Assembly: GCF_006345805.1 (NCBI RefSeq)
Contig: NC_043017.1
Location: 14,446,001 to 14,510,000, forward strand
DNA length: 64,000 bases
Reading direction: 5' to 3'
DNA from: Octopus sinensis
Lineage: Eukaryota
Shown here: positions 54,559-64,000 of the stretch, one piece after another
How positions within the stretch are numbered: position 1 is the first letter of the stretch
How the letters are laid out: each line of letters starts with the position of its first letter
Program-made: the position numbers and the translations under genes
Notes under the pieces: generated by a model
Database searches by the model: none
Seen by the model: only the letters and a program-made list of their open reading frames with translations
Told to the model about the DNA's origin: nothing

Positions 54559-54774
54559 CATATGTTTTGAGCTTTATAGAAAAACTTATTCTTACATCAA
54601 TGCATAATTGACATAATAGATAGTTCAAAAGCCCTTTTTCTCAAACCTTTTATAATGTGATACAAGTCTTTGGTGTAGCAATTGCATGCGGCTGAACAGG
54701 GCTTTTGAACTATCTGTTATGTCGATTATGCATTGATGTAAGAATAAGTTGTTCTATAAAGCTCGAAACATATG
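54559..54774. repeat. Inverted repeat (approx. 77-bp arms, approx. 60-nt spacer), inverted partial pLTR
   Basis: catatgttttgagctttatag...ttcaaaagccct is the near reverse complement of agggcttttgaac...ctataaagctcgaaacatatg. Confidence 0.88.
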
Positions 54775-54780
54775 TACCGC
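54688..54780 (+). ncRNA. Degenerate hammerhead ribozyme motif with long stem II
   Basis: gcgg-CTGAACA-gggcttt...aaagctc-GAAAC-atat-GTA-ccgc: stems are intact, but G8 of CUGANGA is C. Confidence 0.55.
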
Positions 54781-54822
54781 AACATCCTCTGTATCCTATT
54801 TTTCATTTATTTCATTTGATAC

Positions 54823-54853
<31 letters not shown>

Positions 54854-54859
54854 ATATAG

Positions 54860-57015
54860 TCTGATAGACTTAGGAAGGACCTTATAGCTTTCTTTCAAAG
54901 GATGGGCTTACGGATTACGATAGATACTAACCTGAATAGTGTAGATTTTTAGACGTAAATTTTAATGTAAGATCGGATAGATTTAAACCTTTCCGTAAGC
55001 CCAATGAAAAGCTATCGTATATTAGCAAAGATTCGAACCATCCACCAGTTATCCTTAGCAACTTAGTCAGCAATGTAGGTAGAAGAATATCTTCAATTTC
55101 TTCGGACGAGGCCGCATTCCATAATGCTGACCTATTACTTATTACGATAGCGCATTAAAGAATAGTGGATTCTCGGAGAAGATCCAGTTCAACCAGCTTA
55201 ATGCTAATAATAATGCTGCACGAAGAACTAGGACCAGGAAAGTTTTGTGGTTCAACCGGCTTTCAATTTGGCCGTAAAGACTAATATAGGTAAGGAATTT
55301 TTGAGATTAGTCTCTAAGCATTTTAAGCAGGGTCATAAATTCTACAGAATATTTAATAGAAGAACCCTGAAGGTTAGCTATTCTTGTTGCAGAAATTTCG
55401 CCTCTTACATTAGCCAACATAATAGGAAGCTAATTGAGATTAGACATGGTGCCGAGCCCATTAAGAAATGTAATTTCAAAAACGAAAGCTCCTGTCCGTT
55501 AGAAGGGAAATGTCTAGTGAAAGGAGTAGTTTATAGAGCCAAGGTGCAAGTGGAAGGCTCATCGGAATACAAGACATACACAGGGGCTTCAGAAAATTCA
55601 TTTAAAACAAGATTTTATTCTCATAAGAATTCTTTTAAATACCCAGAGAATAGGAAGAAACCAGCCTAGCAAAATATGTCTGGGAACTAAAAGAAAAGGA
55701 AGCCCCACCTTTCAACGTGACATGGAGCATTCTGGACAGGGCGGCACCATACAGGCATGGGGCTTACAAATATAATTTCAAGTGCAGGCTTTGCTTATTA
55801 GAGAAAATGCACATCTTATTCAAAGACAATAATTCTTTGAATCAAAGAAGTGAGTTAATGAACTTATGTAGGCACGCGACTAAATTTAAAATGTCGAATA
55901 TAAATATACCATATGGATAGAGTATATATTTTGTATTTTGATTTTTGATTTTGATTTTGACTCTTGAGCGCTAAGACGGATCTATAGCAAAGTCTTATTG
56001 TTTCTACATATATATTAGGAAAAACCTACAAACTTTGTTTTCATGTTATTGTATTGCATAGGATTACCTTGATTATTTATATTACCTTGATTATTTATAA
56101 ATGACCCAAAATAGGATGTTATATTTTATTTTATATGTCTTTCGTATATATTTTTATTAATGCACCCATTTTTTTAAAAGCAATGTTTTTTTTAAAAAAA
56201 AAGCAATGTTGTCAAAATTAGAATGTTTATATAAGTATGTGTATAGCAAAGCATATGTATTTGTAAGCATGCGTATCTGTGTATGTGTAAGTGAAAGTAT
56301 GCTTGTGCTTAAGCACGCATACACACGACGGTATGTATATGTATCAATTCAAACTTGTGTATGTATACTGGCCTCTATAGATGCCAATAACATCGCTACA
56401 AGTTTTTTCCCCACCCCTCCTTCGTTCCTTTTTCTCTCTTTCCCTTTCTTTCGTTCCCCCTCCTTGCTCAGTATATGAGAATTGCTACATAGATGAATTT
56501 TAGCTTGCGTGCGAGACGGTTTGCGTGAATATATGTACACATGCTTTTATGTGTATAATTTAGATTCATATTCATACGTCTGTATATGTATGTATGGCGT
56601 TTACGCGCATCCTTTTGTGTATGTTGATATATATATGTGGATTTTAATATAAATATGTATTGCAGTATTTATAACAGGTTTAATTTCTATGCATTAATTT
56701 GTACTGTCTTCATTAACGGCAATAGGTTTTTTCCTCAGTTTTTTCCTCGGATTTTATAATTTTTATAATTTTTATAAGTTTTTTTATATATATATACATA
56801 TATTTTTGACCTTTTTGTTTATCGCTCGAAGATTGACCGCTTTTTCTAAAGGGCCAATCAAACAAGTCCATTTCTTTTTAAAGGTGTAGCGTTTGTAAGA
56901 GTATAGATTGAATTAATATATAAGTTCCATTCTAGCAAAAACTGTCTGATGAACGACAACGAGAAACTCAGAGTAACAGATTTTGTTGAATTTTCTGCTG
57001 CTTAAAATAAAGTAT
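54860..57015 (+). mobile_element. 5'-truncated Penelope-like element (RT C-terminus, GIY-YIG endonuclease, long 3' UTR with hammerhead)
   Basis: VDFLDV, PFRKPNE..YISKDSNHPP, KVSYSC, CPLEGKCLVKGVVY..YTG.SENSFKTRFYSH and CRLCLLEK; both ends in (TA)n. Confidence 0.88.
56942..56979 (+). ncRNA. Hammerhead ribozyme motif at the 3' end (pLTR) of a Penelope-like element
   Basis: ctgt-CTGATGA-acgacaacga-GAAAC-tcaga-GTA-acag. Same family and downstream tail as the 20718-20753 copy; stem II is partly decayed. Confidence 0.65.
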
Positions 57016-57075
57016 ATATATATATATATATTATATATATATATATATATATGTATATAAATATATATATATATG

Positions 57076-57133
<58 letters not shown>

Positions 57134-57209
57134 TATGTATATAATATATATATATATATATAATATTATATATATATATATATATATATGTATATAAATA
57201 TATATATAT

Positions 57210-57243
<34 letters not shown>

Positions 57244-57279
57244 ATATATATATATTATATATATACATATATATATACA

Positions 57280-59209
57280 TGGATTAAAAAATGATAAAAC
57301 AATAACAATCAAAGAGGCTGCTAAAGGGAGTGTAGTTGTCTTAATGGACATGACATTTTACATAACTTTAGTACTATCTATGTCGGAAGACACAACATAT
57401 TATGAAAAGGCACAAAACTACAGTCAGCAAAAAATAATGAGAGAACTAAAATCCATGTTAAACCTATACAAAGAAGGGCTCACCGACAAAGAATATGATT
57501 ATATGACAAATTTCACAAGTAAAACCAGCCAATTCTACGGTATTCCCAAGATACACAAAAGTGAGAAAATAAGTAACACATGCAAGATAGCCACAGACAA
57601 AATAATTAAAGTCGCTAATCCTAATGACCTCAAATTGAGACCCCAAATAGCAGGTCCCGCATGCGAAACCCACCGCCTCAGTAACTTTTTAGATACCCTC
57701 TTAAAACCATTCCTCAAACATGTCAAAAGCTATATAGGGGACGACCTGGATATGCTCAATCACCTGCCTAAAACAATAAACAAAAACACCCTACTAGTAT
57801 CCTTCGATGTAGTCAACCTCTATTCCAATATCCCCCACAACCTAGGAATAGAGGCATTCAATTCTTGCTAGAGAATTACGCCAACGAACTCCCACATCGC
57901 ATCAAAAAGGAATTCGTGATAGAAGGGGTTAAATTGATCCTGGAAAATAACTACTTCGCATTCAAAGACAACTTCTACCGACAAAAATCGGGGACTGCCA
58001 TGGGTATGCGAATGGCCCCCTCCTTTGCCAACCTAGTCATGGGATATCTAGAAATCAGTCTGTATCGTAAGGTTCTAGAAATATATGGCAGCCCTTTCTC
58101 CCTCTACATAGAAAACAACTGGAAGAGATACCTGTTTCATTCTTTGGCATGAAAATATAGAGAAACTCAAAGAATTCCAAGCAATTTTAAACGAACTGGA
58201 CGTAAACATCCAATTCACAATGGAATATAGCCAGCAACAACTCCCCTTCCTCGATATCCTCATTAAGAAAGCTAATAATGTAATAAAAACAGACATATAT
58301 TATAAGCCTACAGATTCTAAGCAATATCTTCCATTCAATTCATGCCACCCCAGACACACCAGGATGAATATCCCCTTCAATCTAGCAAAAAGGATATGTA
58401 CTATAGTTTCTAATGCAAACACCAGACACACACGACTACATGAACTAAAAGATACCCTCATTGCCAGGAACTACCCACCTTCACTAATTGACATATGCAT
58501 TCAACGTGCCCTTCAACTCAACACCCAGGAACTCAGACATCCCAAATTAAAGAAAAATTTACAACCAAAAGCCTTACCATACATCTCCACACACAACCCT
58601 CTCAACGATGAAGCCTTTGACACCATCCTCCAAAACATACCCTTGCTAAAAAAGGACCACAGAATGAACTTAATCCCCCAAACACACACCATCATAAAAA
58701 GCAAGAGACAGCCCAAATCTATGAAAAGTCTCCTAACACAAGCCCGAATACACTCTTCAACACAGAAGCCGACAGTAAAAAAATGTGGAAGACCCAATTG
58801 TGGGATATACGATTATCTAATTGAGGGATCAGAGTTCTTCAAACAGGGACAACTTTTCACAGTGAAAAGTAACTTCACATGTGCTTTGGAGAACCTGATA
58901 TACACATTAACCTGCTCTGGGTGTCAAGAGCAATACATAGGCCAAACAAAAAATAGTTTACGTTAAAGAATGGCCCTGCACAGATCCCAGATAAAAATTC
59001 CCCGAAACAGAAAAATAGCATTCAGCCAACACATAGACATTTGCGCCAACAACAAAATTCCAAGCTTCAGGATTTTTCCCCTCTACCAATTCAGGGACGA
59101 TACAACCTGGAGCCAGCGAATTAGTAAAAAAACTCTCTTTATTACAAAATACAGGCCCTTTCTGAATGCGTCTACGACAAACGACAAAACCACCTCAGCC
59201 TTAGAATAA
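57280..59209 (+). mobile_element. Penelope-like (Neptune-type) element, RT plus Zn finger plus GIY-YIG, pseudogenised
   Basis: KGSVVVLMD, FYGIPKIHK, LVSFDVVNLYSNIP, GTAMGMRMAPSFANL, LPFLD, YYKPTD..YLPFNSCHP, CGRPNC and NLIYTLTCSGCQEQYIGQT. The catalytic DD is deleted after WKRY. Confidence 0.92.
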
Positions 59210-59344
59210 CACAAATACACACGCAAATATTACATTCCTCAGAATCCATTAAAAATCAGCCCAATCACTGCTATAATCCATAATGTGCCAGATTTAAGTC
59301 ATTCAACACCTCACTACTTTCACTCATTCATATTCTCCCTTCTC

Positions 59345-59465
59345 TTTCTTCTTCATCATCATCATCATCATCATCATCATCTTCTTCTTCTTCTTCTTCT
59401 TCTTCTTCTTCTTCTTCTTCTTCTTCTTCTTCTTCTTCTCCCCCTTCTTCTTCCTTCTCCTTCCT
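59345..59465. repeat. (CAT)n(CTT)n compound microsatellite
   Basis: Direct reading. Confidence 0.95.
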
Positions 59466-60867
59466 AACTTTATCACTAATGCTTTTTAGCATAACACCTA
59501 TGCAAATTCTACAAACAAAACTTTCAATAGAAATATTTTCATGAATTGAACAGCAACTGCTAGCCTCCACTGACCATTCAAAATACTACAATCATGGCAC
59601 TCCCAAATTCTTCGCCTTCTTCCTCCCCTTCTCCTCCTCCTCCTCCTCCTTCTTCCCTACCAAGAATTCACAGTGACCTGGAACCCACAAGAGTAAACAA
59701 GAGAGACAGAGAAAGGCAGAAACAAGGAAAATGCCACATATATTTGAACACTATACAAATATTCTTTAAAAAATACTTTTCTTTTAATTTTTCTAAATTT
59801 AATTATTTAATTGTTACAGTTGAAAAAATCTCAATGACTGAAACCAGTACTGAAATGTTCTTTATAAAATTATTTTAGCATTTTCTATCTTGACTTGTTT
59901 TTTCATATATATTAACTCGTGTGTTCCTTTTCATTGTCCCCTTCATCATCACCAGACAACCGGTGTCCCCATAACTTAGCAGTTTGGCAAAAGAGACCGA
60001 TAGAATAAGTACTAGGCTTAAAAAGTAAGTCCTGGGGTTGGTTTGTTTGACAAAAACCCTTCAAAGTGGTGCTCCAGCATGTCCACAGTCAAATGACTGA
60101 AACAAGTAAAGAAATAAAAGAATAGTGTACCAGAGCAAGCCACCATCTATTTCAGTGAACTTGTTGCCTTCAGAAAAGACCAGCTTGAAGTTCCATCAGC
60201 TGGTTTTGATCCATTCAAGGGTTACAGAAAATTTGCCAAAGCACACTGCGTCCCAGTATGGTGCAATATAGTTTATCTTAATATATGTGGGTTGCTATAT
60301 TTTTGATTCGATTATTCTACATATTTGATATAAGGTCAGACAAAGATGAGAAATACAATTCGGTCCATGAATACGTGTTGTTTTGTTTTTTTTCTAGATA
60401 GTTTCAAGCATAACGCTTCTGAAAGTAATAAGAAGGATATTTATATTTCAATAACAGACCCTGTGCTTACGAAGCAATGGACAGAATAGAGCAACAATAC
60501 TTTGGATTCCAGCGTTTATACATATTTTTTGCTATCTCAGATATAATGAGGCAGGAGACAAAAATAAACTGATTCCATAATAATTTTATTTGGAAAAAGA
60601 AGTTGGGGATGGAAAATAAAATCAGAAAATTTTCATTTGTGAGCAGTCATAGAATCTATGGCATTGACGTCAGAAAGTAATATTGTATGTCGCCAATTGC
60701 AATCGCGAACTCTGCTGAGTATCTCAACACAAGAGGGGGGGGCATTTGTTATGATATTGTTTGTGTGTGTGGGATTGTGTGGGGGAATGGTGACTGGGTA
60801 GTCATGTGTGTATGTGTGTGTATGAGAGAGAGAGAGAGAGAGAGAGAGTGTGTGTGTGAGAGAGAGA

Positions 60868-60907
<40 letters not shown>

Positions 60908-62340
60908 TAGTGTGTGTGTGATGGCTAATCACTGACAGATTTAAAATTACCTGAAATCTTTAAATCAGTGATAAGACACCAGATACATTTTGTTTGTGTT
61001 TCCATTAAAGCTGGGGAGAAGGTGATGAAGAAGAGGATAACAAAGGAATACACCAATGGACATAATTTTCAGATTCATTGGTCAAGGTCAGATTTATTGT
61101 GTTGTGTTATAGTTTAATGTATTTTCACAAGGCTCAATAGCAATTACCACTTGACCTTTCATATTTGCATATCCTCTTTTCAATACGTATTAGCAGACCA
61201 AGGTGGCAAGCTGGCAGAATTGTCAGGACACCAGACAAAATACTTAGGGAGCATTTTGTCCATCTTTACATTCTGATTTCAAATCCCACAGAGGTTGACT
61301 TTACCTTACATCCTGTTGGGGTTGATAAAATAAGTCCCAGTTGAACACTAGCCCTCTCTCTCCCCCATACTTGCAGGCCTTATATTTTATCAGCTCTAAT
61401 ATGATATATTGTTGCTTGTTTGGTCACCTAAAATGTCACATTACCTTATATGGAATTAACAACCAATATACTACATTTCTAATTAATTAACAGTATTATT
61501 GTTATTGATAGAGTATATTAACTGTAAATATGCAAAAGAGAAATTAGTTTTATTTTATTGTATTTTAATTCAATAAATATTTTTACTTTGAAAATTGCTA
61601 TTTCACTATTTTCTGATAATGAAATATGAAAAAAATAAAATTATAATTATTGTCCTTCTGTAATAACCCCTGATATTACCGTCTAGGGTAAAAGTATCCT
61701 GTCCTGAGATAACTCATCTCAGTATAACATTGAGGTGAATAAGCAGAACCAACAGAAAGTTGAATGAAATACTGAGCTGTTCATTGTTATTTTCAAAGTA
61801 GTCGACTTAGTCTTTCATCCTGCTGGGGTCGATCTGATTGACTATACTCAAGCCCTTATGTGAGACCTTGTGCCTGTGTTGAAAATCAATTTAACAATAC
61901 TCTGTTGAATAATCAGATATTTTTATGATGAAATTATTTAACATTTTGTTTTACTTAAATCTCTTGTAATGTATTGACCAGCAAGGGGTGTCAAGAGAGA
62001 GCCCTAAAGTCACATATTGCCCTTCTCAACTCTTAGGAAAACAGATGATGATAAAAATGACTGGAACACAAGACAAAAACAAGGAAATGGAAATTTCTCC
62101 AGATATCTTAACTTGAATCATTTTGCAACAAATATGGCTGCCATAAGCAGACAGAAACAATAACAATTATTTCTTTTAATTAATTTCAAAATCACAAAAA
62201 GCCTATCATACTTTCATTGACTGCAAGAAAATAGAAATAAACTTCATTGAGAGAGGCAAGACAAGGCTACAAATTTCGTTTTAGTCGGAAGAAGCAAGAC
62301 ATGAATCCAGTTGGTAGTATGTTCTGACCATCCAACTAAA

Positions 62341-62563
62341 CCCTTTCGATACCAGCCTACCGAAGACTTCCCCACGTTTTATGATACAAAGTTCCTGTTC
62401 AAAGTAAAACACATTAAAATCTTCCATCAAAATTTCTTGTTAATTTATGGTCAAAACACAAGCGCTTAATAATGACAAAGTGACTTGATCAAATTCTTCC
62501 TTTTTTCCCAAATTGATTGAAGCAAAAGCAGTGGATTTCAACAGAAATTTGATAAGAAAAGTG
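62341..62563. mobile_element. Decayed piggyBac-like MITE
   Basis: taaa-CCCTTTcgatacca ... tgataagaAAAGTG-ttaa: imperfect TIRs with a TTAA-like target. Confidence 0.4.
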
Positions 62564-63716
62564 TTAATGGCCAAAGATTTAGAAATTCTCTAATTTCTTA
62601 ATATTTCTGGGGTGAGGAGAGGCAAATATTTTGGCTCAATGAGCAATTATGATTTAATCTGATGTTAACTCCAGACATATTTTGATCTTGTTAAACCTCA
62701 TCAGCAAAGTTTTAGTTTCAATAAATCAACACGTCATTGACCAAATGTTTCCTTCTGGTCCCTACATAACTATTATTAATTATTAGATAATTGTTCATTA
62801 CTCTAGTAGCTATTATGGCATTAACTTTACTGTTTTACATTGTGCAAATTGTGTCCCTGGGTAATATTCCTCTACCATAGTTAATAGTTTTCAGTAAAAA
62901 ATGTTTCAAATGTTCAGATCTTAGGCACACTTTTGGAAATTTTCCATCTCAGACTTTTGTTGCTGTTGCTGTTGTTGTTGTTGTTGGTGGTGGTGGTAAT
63001 GGAGAATCAGTCACCTCAAGCTAACCCATGCTAGCATGGAAAATGGATGTTAAACGATGATGATGATGATGATGATGATTTGCACTGATGAGGGTCATTA
63101 TACTTTCACAGCCAGTTTACAGCTCCATAGAACAGTAGAGCCTTTACACATGCCCCTTGCATGGCAGAAAATGCTTCTTACTGTCAGCTACATGAAATAC
63201 TAAATGAGACACAGATTAAGCCATTTATGGGTTGTTTCAATTTAAATATATAGATACAAATCTTACCCTAACATTGCTTGATGCAAAAAAAGTGTGGGCT
63301 AAAATGTGTGTATGTGTGTGTATGTATACATGTAAGGTATTCCTATATGAATGGTATGTGTGTGTATATATATATATATATCTATGTATGTATATATATA
63401 TATATACTCAGAGTAACAGGTTTTGTTGAATTTTCTGCAGCTTTTAAATAAAGTATATATGTATATATATATATATGGATATATAAAAATATGTATGCAT
63501 TGATTGAAGTATGTGTCGTTGGTGTGTGTATGTGTGTGTGTGTGTGTGTATAGCACAGACATGGCTGTAATGTTAAGAATTTGTTTCCCAACTGCATGGT
63601 TTTGGGTTCAGTCCTACAGTGTGGCATCTTAGACGAATGCCTTCCACCATAGACCTGGAATGACCAATGTTTTGTGGCTGAATTTGATAGATGGAAATTA
63701 AAAGACCATCATATTA

Positions 63717-64000
63717 TGAGGTTGTATCAAAAAGTTCCCATATTAGTTCTGTAGCACACCAACAGGTGGCAGCATGCAATTGTGTGTGCAGTGAGATCTA
63801 GCAGTAACCTTCATGAGGCAGTGTGCTGAGTGACATTGCTGTGTTTACTTTGCAATTTGTAAAAATTGTATTTTTGTGATCACATATGTCTGCTGTAGCC
63901 TGTGGTTTTGTTATGGACAGAAACAAAGAGCCAATGTGAAATTTTGTTTTAAACTTAGGAAGTCTGCTACAGAGACATGGAGCATTCTTTGGCAAGCACA
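63717..64000 (+). mobile_element. Mariner element 5' end (runs off window)
   Basis: TA-tgaggttgtatcaaaaagtt TIR-like start; QRANVKFCFKLRKSATETW transposase N-terminus. Confidence 0.75.

Overview
AT-rich, repeat-dominated animal genomic DNA. The microsatellite load and the SINE/LINE/Penelope families suggest a coleoid cephalopod such as Octopus (inference, not proven). The only recognisable host coding sequence is a minus-strand exon (26350-26544) encoding the N-terminus of a Cav2-type voltage-gated calcium channel alpha-1 subunit. It ends at a perfect U12-type (minor spliceosome) AT-AC donor, ATATCCTTT. I found no next exon, so that minor intron appears to exceed 26 kb. The rest is transposon debris: mariner, maT/DD37D, Tc1, Chapaev3-like, a Helitron, RTE and CR1 LINEs, two Penelope-like elements, many tRNA-derived SINEs, and long (TA)n arrays. 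The most striking unannotated signal is a set of minimal type-I hammerhead ribozyme motifs of at least four sequence families. They sit as short islands in (TA)n tracts, several inside the channel intron, and two are within long inverted repeats. Four long palindromes were found in total. Most ORFs in the supplied track are microsatellite artefacts.
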